DNA from: Thermodesulfobium acidiphilum
GTDB lineage: Bacteria; Thermodesulfobiota; Thermodesulfobiia; Thermodesulfobiales; Thermodesulfobiaceae
Direction of reading: 5' to 3'
Assembly: GCF_003057965.1 (NCBI RefSeq)
Contig: NZ_CP020921.1
Span: 1,290,916-1,354,915 of the forward strand
DNA length: 64,000 nt
Shown here: positions 1-9,444 of the stretch, one piece after another
How positions within the stretch are numbered: the first letter of the stretch is position 1
How the letters are laid out: each line of letters starts with the position of its first letter
The notes under the pieces: model-generated
What the model saw: the letters and a program-made list of their open reading frames with translations, nothing else
What the model was told of the DNA's origin: nothing
Database searches by the model: none
Translations under genes and position numbers: made by a program

Positions 1-191
1 ACATCAACTGATTTATCGGGCATAGCCTCTAAGTCTTTGTATTTCACATCAGCAACTGTAGGCGCCCAAAACACTACTTCTAGAGAGGGTAGTACATCTA
101 CAAGGGTCTCCGAAATATCAACTATAGCCATATCACAACCGCCGCAGGCCCCCGCCATTAAAACAGCCAATCTAAGTTTTTTGTCTGCCAT
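1..191 (-). CDS. mvhG: F420-non-reducing [NiFe] hydrogenase small subunit, 5' part (runs off the window)
   Basis: Not in ORF track. Manual translation from ATG at 191: MADKKLRLAVLMAGACGGCDMAIVDISETLVDVLPSLEVVFWAPTVADVKY..., with the CGGC proximal-cluster motif. ATG overlaps the mvhD stop (TAATG). Confidence 0.88.
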   Translation of the reverse strand, partial: MADKKLRLAVLMAGACGGCDMAIVDISETLVDVLPSLEVVFWAPTVADVKYKDLEAMPDKSVD

Positions 192-607
192 TATACTCCC
201 TCCTTTACTCTGCAGGGTCCTAATTCTCTAATGTTCTTTTCAAAAGTGGTCATAGCCTCAGCAAATCTCTTCCCTTCAGAACCAGAAATCCACTCTAATT
301 GAAATCTTTCCTTTTCTATCCCCATATCAATAAGGATCCGTTTTAATAGATCGAATCTTCTTATAGCCTTATAGTTTCCTTCTTTATAATGGCAATCTCC
401 TGGGTGACATCCTCCAATAAAGACTCCATCAGCCCCTCTCTTAAAAGCCTCAACTACAAATTCAGGCTCTACTCTACCGCTACAAGGGACTCGAATTATC
501 TTTATATTTGCTGGATAATCATATCGCAAGCTCCCTGCAAGATCAGCCCCCTGATAAGTACACCAGTTACACGCAAAAACTATTAAGTTAGGCGTCCATT
601 CGCTCAT
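191..607 (-). CDS. mvhD: [2Fe-2S] hydrogenase/Hdr adaptor subunit MvhD
   Basis: FACNWC, RVPCSGRV and GCHPGDCHY motifs; 138 aa; lies between hdrB and mvhG. Confidence 0.95.
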   Translation of the reverse strand: MSEWTPNLIVFACNWCTYQGADLAGSLRYDYPANIKIIRVPCSGRVEPEFVVEAFKRGADGVFIGGCHPGDCHYKEGNYKAIRRFDLLKRILIDMGIEKERFQLEWISGSEGKRFAEAMTTFEKNIRELGPCRVKEGV

Positions 608-629
608 AATTTATTGAACCTCCATAATA

Positions 630-1523
630 CTAGTTTATCTTCTTTAGCTTTCCTAATATTCCACTCAGATCCGTTGTACTAAGTCCTACAACTTGCTGTG
701 GATCTGCCCCCAAACAAAGAGCTAACAACTGTACATAATGAACAGAAGGAATCTCATAATTAATCTTATTTTCCCTTTTCATAGGAGCCTGAGCAGTATC
801 GAATTGGATAAGACAAGAGCTACATCCTGTAACCAAAAGATCTGCTTTTATTTCATCTTTCATTGAATCAAGCTTTGTTTTTACCAATTTATATGAAGCC
901 TCAACGTTCGTAGATCGCATTCCACCCATCCCACAACAATCTACAATACGACTATAATAAGGAGCAGATGCTCCAAGGGCTTCACACAACTCCCTCAACA
1001 TAACTGGATGAAATGGATCTTTTTCTCCTTCCTGATAAACTTCACTTGGCCACAGTGAATGACATCCTGGTTGAACGCCAATAGTTACACCTTCCAAAGT
1101 ATATTTCAATGAATTTTTAATTTTTTCAATACCTACTTCGTTGTACAAAAAGTTAGTCGCAAGTCTAATCCTCGTCGTTCCCTTATATTCTTTGCCAATA
1201 GCTTTAAGCATCTCGTTTACCTTTTCTCTTAGTTCTGGTTTCTTTTCCATTTTATATTTACTCTCTGACAAACTCCCATAGCAACTTCCACAAACTGTAA
1301 CCATATCAACGTTCTTTTCTTCAGATATTATAAAGTTACGCGCTCCTAATGCACACCACCCGGCTTCGTCAACAGAAGGCATCGTCCCCCAACTTGGGCA
1401 ACAAGATTGACCCTCTAAATCGTCAATTTCAATACCAAGCGCGTCAAATACGAAACGAAATGCCTTTTCCAGATCTGGTCTATTAAATGCAGTATTACAT
1501 CCTATAAAAAATCCTACTTTCAT
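630..1523 (-). CDS. hdrB: Heterodisulfide reductase subunit B
   Basis: Two CCG domains (GC..SCC..CGSC and GCH..DCCG..CSSC); hdr operon context. Confidence 0.93.
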   Translation of the reverse strand: MKVGFFIGCNTAFNRPDLEKAFRFVFDALGIEIDDLEGQSCCPSWGTMPSVDEAGWCALGARNFIISEEKNVDMVTVCGSCYGSLSESKYKMEKKPELREKVNEMLKAIGKEYKGTTRIRLATNFLYNEVGIEKIKNSLKYTLEGVTIGVQPGCHSLWPSEVYQEGEKDPFHPVMLRELCEALGASAPYYSRIVDCCGMGGMRSTNVEASYKLVKTKLDSMKDEIKADLLVTGCSSCLIQFDTAQAPMKRENKINYEIPSVHYVQLLALCLGADPQQVVGLSTTDLSGILGKLKKIN

Positions 1524-1526
1524 CGG

Positions 1527-2093
1527 CTACACCTCACAACAAGTGACATCGGATAACCCTGAGTCCATTGGGATAATTCCCAACGAAGACAGTGCTGACT
1601 TGTTCATTAGAATTCTTAGCTCTTTTAGAGCTTGTTCATTACTTGCCGTTGTAGGAGGCTTTTCCGGCAAACCTATTTTCTTTCTAATTTCACCTGCATT
1701 AGAAAAGTATACGGCGTGGCCTACATCATATAATGATTTCAAACCTTCTACTGCAAGAGTTGGCAACGCAAACTCTCTAATTGCAGAACGCCTCATTGCC
1801 ATAACCACACCAAAAGGCTCTACCTTTCGTGGGCACACCTCAGTACATCTATTACATGCCTGACAAGCCCAGATAGAACTATCATCAAGCAAAATCTCCT
1901 TTTGACCTATTAGAATTGACTGAATAATACGCTTATTGAAAAATTCAAAACCTGCAAGAACCATCGGACACGCAGCAGCACATTTGGCACACTGGATACA
2001 ATCCAACAATTCCTCTGCTCCAAGTTTCATTATCTCATCAGAAAAACCTGGCTCACCCTCTGAAATATTAAGAACTTCTATTACTTCAGCCAC
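1527..2093 (-). CDS. hdrC: Heterodisulfide reductase subunit C
   Basis: CIQCAKCAAACP and WACQACNRCTEVCP; GTG start with AGGAGGTGA RBS. Confidence 0.92.
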   Translation of the reverse strand: MAEVIEVLNISEGEPGFSDEIMKLGAEELLDCIQCAKCAAACPMVLAGFEFFNKRIIQSILIGQKEILLDDSSIWACQACNRCTEVCPRKVEPFGVVMAMRRSAIREFALPTLAVEGLKSLYDVGHAVYFSNAGEIRKKIGLPEKPPTTASNEQALKELRILMNKSALSSLGIIPMDSGLSDVTCCEV

Positions 2094-2107
2094 TAACGTT
2101 CACCTCC

Positions 2108-2386
2108 TTAAAAAGTCAAATTCTCTATTTGAGATTCAATTTCTTCAGTAGTAAAGCCTTCTAAAATTATTGCTCTAGAAGGACACGCAGCCACACATAC
2201 CCCACATCCTGTACAGAGAGCTGGATCTATGTGTGCCCTCTTCTTGCCCTTGTATTCTATCCAACCAATAGCAGAGTAGGAACATAATGGCAAGCAAACG
2301 CCGCATCCACTACACTTATCAAGATCAATTTCTGAGACTAAAGCTTCAACGTTATCTGTAATTTTAGGGATCTCAGTTACTGCCAT
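2108..2386 (-). CDS. 2x[4Fe-4S] ferredoxin, free-standing paralog of the HdrA C-terminal domain
   Basis: Two CxxCxxCxxxC motifs; 63/80 aa identical by hand count to the HdrA C-terminus; own RBS AGGAGGTGA at 2393-2401. Confidence 0.9.
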   Translation of the reverse strand: MAVTEIPKITDNVEALVSEIDLDKCSGCGVCLPLCSYSAIGWIEYKGKKRAHIDPALCTGCGVCVAACPSRAIILEGFTTEEIESQIENLTF

Positions 2387-2407
2387 TACCGTTCACCTCC
2401 TCATTTT

Positions 2408-4444
2408 TTAAAAAGTAAGGGCCTCTATTTGTGACTCAATCTGCTCGGTGGTAAAACCATGTAAAGTTATTGCTCTAGAAGGACATGCTGAAGCACATAC
2501 TCCACATCCTGTGCAAAGAGCTGGATCTATGTGTGCCCTCTTCTTATCACCATATTCCTTCCAGCTAATAGCAGAATATGGACAAAGTGGTAAGCATATA
2601 CCACACCCACTACACTTATCTGCATTCACCTCAGAAATTAGAGGTTCTACTACAACTCTGCCCGTTGTCAACGGTACTGCCGCTGCTGCTGCTGCTGCCC
2701 TAGCTTGAGATACGCTTTCTGGAATATCTTTTGGTCCTTGAGCACAACCAGCAATGTAAATACCTTTGACTGAGGTCTCTACAGGATAAAGCTTGGTATG
2801 TAATTCTTTCAAAAAACCTTCTCCACCACATTGTATTCCAAGCTTCCTTCCAAGCTCTTCAATCCCAGGCGGAGGCTCTATTGCAGTAGCAAGAATAACC
2901 ATATCAGATTCTAATTCTACAGGAGCTCCCATATCTACGTCATATGCACGTACGCGCAAACGATCGCCCGGTAATTCATCTACACCTCCCACACGACCTC
3001 TTATCACTCTGATACCTAGCTCTCTGCAGTAAGTATAATATTCTTCAAAATCCTTACCTGCAGTACGTACGTCAATAAAGAATATATAAACGTTAATATC
3101 TGGGTATTTCTCTTTGATTAACCTCGCTTCCTTCAACATATACATACAACAAACTTTGGAACAATAGCGATGATAATTTTTATCTCTACTGCCCACACAT
3201 GAAATAAAAGCAACCGTCTTAGGATGTTGATTGTCAGAAGGCCTAAGAAGTTCACCTTCCGTGGGACCAGTAGCAGAAAGTATTCTCTCAAACTGCAAAG
3301 AAGTAAGAACATTTGGTGATTGAGGAGAATACTCTTTGAATGGAGTTTTATCCATAGCCTTAAATCCAGTCGCTGCAATTATTGTACCTACTTTTATTTC
3401 GATCAATTGACCTTTAGGATCCCATGGTATAGATCTATCACATGCACCTGTTGGGCATGCCTTTTCACAGGGAGACAAAATTGGCTCCCCTGTCTTTGGA
3501 TGGGGTTTTGGTTGAGTTCCAATAGTTCTCCCAGCACAGTTTAAACAATGATCTATGTCTACTACTGCTTTTTTAGGCACTGCCTGAGGAAATTCAATAT
3601 ATACAGCCTTTCTCTTGTCCATGTTTTCATTAAACTCATTATCAACTTTGCCCGGACAAGCTTCTACACAAGCACCACAACCGGTGCATTTATCCCAATC
3701 AATATAAGTCTGCTTTTTACGCACAAGAACCTTGAAATTTCCAATAGAACCATCTATCGATTCTACTTCTGAATAGGTCAAAAGCTCAATATTTGGGTGC
3801 GTTCCAGCAGAAACCATTATTGGTGTTAAAATACATGCTGAACAATCATTTGTAGGAAAGGTTTTATCAAGCTTTGCCATGTTCCCGCCAATTGAAGGCT
3901 GTCTGTCAAGTAAATAAACCTTATAGCCCATATTGGCAATATCAAGAGCAGCAAAAATTCCTGATACACCCGCCCCAATCACGAGGGTAGCTTTTGTAAC
4001 ATCGACATAAGAGTCTTCTAGAGGTTCAGCCAACCTTACTTTGGCAACAGCACTTGCAACCAATTTTTTTGCCTTCTCTGTAGCTCCAGCCTTATCATGC
4101 CAGTGTGCCCAGCTATCTTGATCTCTAATGTTAGCCATTTCAAAGAAATACTTGTTTAAACCCGCATCTGATACAGCTTTTCTAAAGATTGGTTCGTGAG
4201 TTCTGGGCGTACACGCAGCAACGACAACTCTGTTTACAACCCCGTTTCTAATGTCTTCTTTAATTAACTCCTGCCCTGGGTCAGAACACATAAACATATA
4301 ATCTCTTGCAATAGCAACATTGGGTAAAGATTCAGCAAATTTTCTGACCGCTTCGACGTCTACCGCACCTGCGATATTCTCGCCACAATGACATACGTAG
4401 ACACCAATTTTAAGAGCATCTTCCCCGCTAGCACTCATACTCAT
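2408..4444 (-). CDS. hdrA: Heterodisulfide reductase subunit A (FAD/FeS, electron bifurcating)
   Basis: VYVCHCG, VVVAACTPRTHE, GAGVSG FAD motif, LDKTFPTNDCSAC, CVGSRD..YCSKVCC, C-terminal ferredoxin domain. Confidence 0.96.
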   Translation of the reverse strand: MSMSASGEDALKIGVYVCHCGENIAGAVDVEAVRKFAESLPNVAIARDYMFMCSDPGQELIKEDIRNGVVNRVVVAACTPRTHEPIFRKAVSDAGLNKYFFEMANIRDQDSWAHWHDKAGATEKAKKLVASAVAKVRLAEPLEDSYVDVTKATLVIGAGVSGIFAALDIANMGYKVYLLDRQPSIGGNMAKLDKTFPTNDCSACILTPIMVSAGTHPNIELLTYSEVESIDGSIGNFKVLVRKKQTYIDWDKCTGCGACVEACPGKVDNEFNENMDKRKAVYIEFPQAVPKKAVVDIDHCLNCAGRTIGTQPKPHPKTGEPILSPCEKACPTGACDRSIPWDPKGQLIEIKVGTIIAATGFKAMDKTPFKEYSPQSPNVLTSLQFERILSATGPTEGELLRPSDNQHPKTVAFISCVGSRDKNYHRYCSKVCCMYMLKEARLIKEKYPDINVYIFFIDVRTAGKDFEEYYTYCRELGIRVIRGRVGGVDELPGDRLRVRAYDVDMGAPVELESDMVILATAIEPPPGIEELGRKLGIQCGGEGFLKELHTKLYPVETSVKGIYIAGCAQGPKDIPESVSQARAAAAAAAVPLTTGRVVVEPLISEVNADKCSGCGICLPLCPYSAISWKEYGDKKRAHIDPALCTGCGVCASACPSRAITLHGFTTEQIESQIEALTF

Positions 4445-4482
4445 CCCTCCTTAGAGAATTTATAAAAACCATCCTAAAATTA

Positions 4483-4511
4483 AGTTTAAACTACTGATAT
4501 ACTAGTGTCAA
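4483..4511 (-). promoter_or_regulatory. sigma70-type promoter of the hdr-mvh operon
   Basis: TTGACA (4511-4506), 17 bp spacer, TAAACT (4488-4483). Confidence 0.65.
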
Positions 4512-4814
4512 TTGTGATTTAAATAATTAAAAATAAAAATATAATTATTAAATTTTCTTTAAAAAAATAATGTAATTATTAAAACAGCTTAATATAAAGC
4601 CATTAAATCAATATAGTTAGATTAAAAAGTTTATAAATTTAACTAATAACGTAATTTTGCTTATACATTAATAAACAAGGCTTATTATTAAAATAAGCCA
4701 TCATTTTTATAATGAAATTTTGGGTGTTCGTTGGTAAATTTTTTTAAAATTTTACAAACCATTGTAAATTATTTAAAATTAAGGAAAACTAATAGAGAGG
4801 GAGTAAAGATTTTT

Positions 4815-7442
4815 ATGGATAAAACATACCAACACAACAATACAGAGAAAAAGATATTAAATTTTTGGCTCGAAAATCATATTTATCATGCTGATGTGAA
4901 TTCCAATAAAGAAGCCTTTTCTATAGTAATACCCCCACCAAATGTAACAGGGTCTCTTCATTTAGGACATGCCCTTGATGATACGCTTCAAGACATAATT
5001 TGCAGATATAAGAGATTGATGGGATACGAAGTATTATGGTTACCCGGAACCGATCATGCAGGTATAGCCACACAAAACGTTGTTGAAAAGATGTTACAAA
5101 AAAAGGGCATTACCAGACATCAACTTGGTAGAGAAAAATTTGTAGAAAAGGTTTGGGAATGGAAAGAACAATACGGACAAAGAATTATTAACCAATTAAA
5201 GTCTTTGGGCGCTTCGTGTGATTGGGATAGAGAAAGATTTACAATGGATGAAGTACTTTCCAAAGCTGTAAAAAAAGCTTTTGTAACACTCTATAACATG
5301 GGATTAATATATAAAGGTACGAGAATAATAAACTGGTGTCCTAGATGTTCTACAGCTCTAGCTGATCTAGAAGTAGAACATGAAGAGAAAGAGGACAAGT
5401 TATATTTTGTGAAATATAGGTTCCTTGAAAATCCAGACCAATTCATTACAATAGCAACAACGAGGCCTGAAACTATATTTGCAGATACAGCAGTAGCTGT
5501 AAATCCAAGGGATGAAAGATATAAATCCCTAGTTGGTAAAAAGGTAATTGTTCCAATGACTGAAAGAGTGGTGGAAATTATCACTGATGAAAGAGTAGAA
5601 ACAGACTTTGGCACAGGTGCCTTAAAAATAACACCTGGACACGATCCTACAGACTTTGAAATTGGTTTAGATCATAACCTTAAAGTACTAATAGCTATCG
5701 ATTCTAATGGAAAAATGACCGAAATTGCTGGAGAACTAAGTGGTTTAGATCGAGAGATTGCAAGAAAAAGATCTGTAGAAATTCTTAGGGAAATTGGATC
5801 TCTAGAAAGGGTCAAAAATTTAAAACACGCAGTTGGTCATTGCTATAGGTGCAAAACTGTAATCGAACCGTATGTATCTGAGCAGTGGTTTGTAAGAAGC
5901 ACTCCACTTGCAAAAAGAGCAATAGATGCCGTAAAGAGTGACACTATCCAGTTTTTCCCAGAACGATGGGAAAAAATATACTTTGATTGGCTGGAAAACA
6001 TAAAAGATTGGTGTATATCAAGGCAGATTTGGTGGGGTCACAGAATACCTGCCTGGTATTGTAATAACTGTAATGAGATTATTGTTTCTGAAGATGAACC
6101 AAAAAGATGCCCAAAATGTAATTCAAGCAATTTAAGACAGGATGAAGACGTATTGGATACATGGTTTTCCTCTTCACTATGGCCTTTTTCTACAATGGGC
6201 TGGCCAGAAAATACTCCAGAATTAAAAAAGTTCTTTCCAACGAGTGTACTTGTTACTGGTTTTGACATAATATACTTCTGGGTTGCAAGAATGATTATGA
6301 TGAGTCTCACTCTAACAGGCAAGGAACCTTTTAAAAATGTAATAATTCACGGCTTAATAAGAGATTCTCAAGGGAGAAAAATGAGCAAATCTGTTGGAAA
6401 CGTTATTGATCCGATGGACATCATTGAAGAGTCAGGTGCAGATGCACTAAGATTTTCTTTAGCCAGCCTTTCAAACCCATCTGGCCAGGACATAAAGATG
6501 TCTAAAGAAAAGGTTAAGGGAGCACGTAACTTTGCCAATAAACTTTGGAATACAGCAAGATTCGTCTTAGGATATGAAGAATACTTCACTAACTATAATA
6601 TTTCTAGCGAAGATATTAATGTTATGGAACCTGAAGATATCTGGATACTTTCAAGATCTATCTCAGTTATAAAAGATTTATGCCTAAAACTAGACGAATA
6701 CAATTTCTCAGCAGCTTCTACAGAAGTTTATAATTTTATATGGGATGAATTTTGCGATTGGTATATTGAACTTACCAAGTTTAGAATAAAAAATAATTTC
6801 AAAAGCACACTAGCTATAAAAGTTTTATTTTGTGTCTTTAAACAATCTTTAATTATGCTACACCCTTTTATGCCATTTATTACTGAAGATCTATATAAAA
6901 GATTACCAGAAAACAAAGGTTCTATAACCTTTGAAACTTTGAAAGGGTTTGATTATTCGCTAAATTTAAAAAAACTTAAGAATATGGGTGCTCTTATTGA
7001 AGCCACAAAATGTACAAGAAAATTAAGAAGTGAATATAAGGTTGCGCCAGATCATATAACTGAGCCTATTTTAATTATGCCAGAGAATATTAAAGACCGA
7101 TTTATTTCTGAAATAGAGAAGTTTTGTTTTCTTACAAAATCCAAAAATCCTAAAATCGCATTGGAGATGCCAAAGGATTTAAAAGGCTATGCTATAGAAA
7201 GAAACACCTCTATTACTGTCTTATTATATTTAGAAAAAGGAGAACTAGAAAGAAGCAGAGAATTAATAGAAAAAACTCTTCAAAAGCTGCTAAAAGAATC
7301 TGAAATTTCAAAACAAAGACTTAATGATCCAAAATTTTTAAATTCAGCTCCTAAAGAAATAATAGAATCTGAAAGAGAAAAACTAGATAACCAAAAAAAA
7401 TCAATTGAAATCCTTGAAAGAAAATTAAGTTTCTTAAAATGA
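4815..7442 (+). CDS. valS: Valine--tRNA ligase
   Basis: PPPNVTGSLHLGH, DWCISRQIWWGH and KMSKS; likely start is ATG 4815 after GAGAGGGAG rather than 4731. Confidence 0.97.
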   Translation: MDKTYQHNNTEKKILNFWLENHIYHADVNSNKEAFSIVIPPPNVTGSLHLGHALDDTLQDIICRYKRLMGYEVLWLPGTDHAGIATQNVVEKMLQKKGITRHQLGREKFVEKVWEWKEQYGQRIINQLKSLGASCDWDRERFTMDEVLSKAVKKAFVTLYNMGLIYKGTRIINWCPRCSTALADLEVEHEEKEDKLYFVKYRFLENPDQFITIATTRPETIFADTAVAVNPRDERYKSLVGKKVIVPMTERVVEIITDERVETDFGTGALKITPGHDPTDFEIGLDHNLKVLIAIDSNGKMTEIAGELSGLDREIARKRSVEILREIGSLERVKNLKHAVGHCYRCKTVIEPYVSEQWFVRSTPLAKRAIDAVKSDTIQFFPERWEKIYFDWLENIKDWCISRQIWWGHRIPAWYCNNCNEIIVSEDEPKRCPKCNSSNLRQDEDVLDTWFSSSLWPFSTMGWPENTPELKKFFPTSVLVTGFDIIYFWVARMIMMSLTLTGKEPFKNVIIHGLIRDSQGRKMSKSVGNVIDPMDIIEESGADALRFSLASLSNPSGQDIKMSKEKVKGARNFANKLWNTARFVLGYEEYFTNYNISSEDINVMEPEDIWILSRSISVIKDLCLKLDEYNFSAASTEVYNFIWDEFCDWYIELTKFRIKNNFKSTLAIKVLFCVFKQSLIMLHPFMPFITEDLYKRLPENKGSITFETLKGFDYSLNLKKLKNMGALIEATKCTRKLRSEYKVAPDHITEPILIMPENIKDRFISEIEKFCFLTKSKNPKIALEMPKDLKGYAIERNTSITVLLYLEKGELERSRELIEKTLQKLLKESEISKQRLNDPKFLNSAPKEIIESEREKLDNQKKSIEILERKLSFLK

Positions 7443-8713
7443 GCGAAAAAAAATTTATTAATTTAATCAAAACAATTTCAGTAGAACACTGGAATTTTGG
7501 TCTTGAAAGAGTCAAAAATGCCCTTGAAATACTGGAACTAAATAGATTGCCATATAAAATAATTCTAGTCGGGGGAACAAATGGTAAAGGTTCAACAGTA
7601 AAGTTTATTCAACACATATTAGTAGAACATGGTATAAGAACAGGGCTCTTTACCTCTCCACATTTAATTGAATACAACGAGAGATTTAATATAAACTTAG
7701 ATAACCTCCCCTATTATGTCTTAATCGAAGGACTCAGTGAAATAAAAGACAAAATTAAAGGCTTAAACTTAACTGAATTTGAAGTTCTTACAATATTATC
7801 CCTTTACTTGTTCAAAAAACTATCAGTTGACGTTTGTATTCTTGAAGTGGGCTTAGGCGGAAGGCTTGACGCTACAAATGCCATAGAACCTGATATCAGC
7901 GTATTAACTAGAATAGATGTTGATCACAAAAATTTTCTTGGGAATACAATAGAAGAAATAGTAAAAGAAAAGACAAAAATTTCTAGAAAGGATAAACGAT
8001 TAGTTATAGCAAAACAAACTAATGAAACTCTTAACATAATACTCGAAGATATTGATCTGATTGGTTCAAACCCAATTTTATCAGATGATGAAGTAAAAAC
8101 AGAATTTAAATTTAACAAAGTGAAGTTTATTTTTAATGAGTTTGAAACAGATTATATAACTCCATCCCTCACAGCTGATTATCAGATAGAGAATATGAAA
8201 ACAGCTCTTGTCACTTCTTATATCTTCTTAAGAGACTTTCTTAATGTAAGATTTGAACATCAAAAGTTTCAAAGGGCGATAGAAAAAACTAAATGGCCAG
8301 GAAGATTTCAAGTAATTAAAGAAAATCCTTTATTATTACTTGACGGATCTCACAATCCATCTGGTTTTAAAGCTCTAAGCCAATCACTAGAAAAAATTTT
8401 GAAATATGAAAAAGCAGTTTTTATAATAGGAATTTTAAAAGATAAGGATGCAGAAAATATGATAGATAAAATCATTTTATTTTCAAAAGAAATAATATTT
8501 ACTCAGGTACCATCAAACAGAACAATGACTTTAGGAGATTACAAAAAGGTCTTCAGTAACCTCAATTTTACCTATATGGATATCGAAAAAGCAAAAACGT
8601 TCATTTTAAAACGTTATCCCTTTGAAAATATAGTAGTCTGTGGCTCACTTTACTTAATAGGTGAGATCTTAAAAACTTTAAAGCAAAACAAAGATTTCCA
8701 ATTATTAGCTTAA
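7439..8713 (+). CDS. folC: Folylpolyglutamate synthase/dihydrofolate synthase
   Basis: GTNGKGS, FTSPHL, EVGLGGRLDATN, WPGRF, DGSHN; ATGA overlap with valS. Confidence 0.95.
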   Translation: MSEKKFINLIKTISVEHWNFGLERVKNALEILELNRLPYKIILVGGTNGKGSTVKFIQHILVEHGIRTGLFTSPHLIEYNERFNINLDNLPYYVLIEGLSEIKDKIKGLNLTEFEVLTILSLYLFKKLSVDVCILEVGLGGRLDATNAIEPDISVLTRIDVDHKNFLGNTIEEIVKEKTKISRKDKRLVIAKQTNETLNIILEDIDLIGSNPILSDDEVKTEFKFNKVKFIFNEFETDYITPSLTADYQIENMKTALVTSYIFLRDFLNVRFEHQKFQRAIEKTKWPGRFQVIKENPLLLLDGSHNPSGFKALSQSLEKILKYEKAVFIIGILKDKDAENMIDKIILFSKEIIFTQVPSNRTMTLGDYKKVFSNLNFTYMDIEKAKTFILKRYPFENIVVCGSLYLIGEILKTLKQNKDFQLLA

Positions 8714-8740
8714 CTATCAACTAAAGGGGGAGTATAAAAA

Positions 8741-9097
8741 ATGAAAGACAAGTTGAAGTTTATAACTTTTGGAATATTGGGCGGTTTGGCTTCAGGATTA
8801 CTAGGAATTGGTGGTGGTTTAGTATTTGTCCCTCTTTTAACAAACTATGCCGGATACTCTCAAAAAGAGGCGCATGCCACATCGCTCGGTGCAATTATTC
8901 CTGCAGCCATTGTAGGCGCACTTATATATAATGTAAATGGCTTAAACAGTTTTACAGCCAGCATTTATTTAGCTTTGGGAGGCATTATAGGTGCTCAAAT
9001 CGGATCAAGAGCAATGTACAAATTTTCAAACAAATGGCTTAGAAAAACATTTGGAGTTTTTCTTTTGTTAATGTGTATAAGGATGGTATTAAAGTGA
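8741..9097 (+). CDS. Half-size TauE/SafE (TSUP) sulfite exporter family protein, unit 1
   Basis: GLLGIGGGLVFVP..AHATSL motif; hydrophobic, 118 aa. Confidence 0.85.
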   Translation: MKDKLKFITFGILGGLASGLLGIGGGLVFVPLLTNYAGYSQKEAHATSLGAIIPAAIVGALIYNVNGLNSFTASIYLALGGIIGAQIGSRAMYKFSNKWLRKTFGVFLLLMCIRMVLK

Positions 9098-9444
9098 ACA
9101 TTATTTTATTTCTTGTTGTAGGGCTTTTTACAGGTGTTGTTAGCGGCATGATGGGAGTTGGCGGTGGACTAGTGATGATACCTGCAATGGTATTATTTAT
9201 GTCTGTGCCCCAAGGTATGGCACAAGGAATATCTCTAGCTGCAATAGTACCAATAAGTTTGATGGGAGCATGGGTACACTTTAAGAAAGGTGGATTAAAA
9301 AAAGACGCAATATTGATAGGATTGGGTGCCATACTAGGCGCGTCTATTACAAGTAGTATTATACCGTATATACCTATAAACGCTTTAAAAATGATATTTT
9401 CCTTAGTTTTATTTTATTTTGCTTTAAGAATGATATTGAAGTAA
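9094..9444 (+). CDS. Half-size TauE/SafE (TSUP) family protein, unit 2
   Basis: GMMGVGGGLVMIP..AQGISL motif; probable GTG start at 9094 overlapping the upstream TGA (GTGA). Confidence 0.83.
   Translation: MNIILFLVVGLFTGVVSGMMGVGGGLVMIPAMVLFMSVPQGMAQGISLAAIVPISLMGAWVHFKKGGLKKDAILIGLGAILGASITSSIIPYIPINALKMIFSLVLFYFALRMILK

Noticed and set aside
37-231. 64-aa plus-strand ORF and the many similar short antisense ORFs in the track
   Set aside because: Shadow ORFs opposite well-supported genes (here mvhG)
2675-2700. GCT trinucleotide run
   Set aside because: Encodes the Ala-rich helix of HdrA; not a contingency repeat
1-4444. Selenocysteine in MvhD/HdrA
   Set aside because: All motif positions are Cys and there is no in-frame TGA
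4690-4814. Possible T-box leader before valS (AATTTTGGGTGTTCG)
   Set aside because: Only a partial match to the GGTGGNACC T-box core; no stem I or terminator visible
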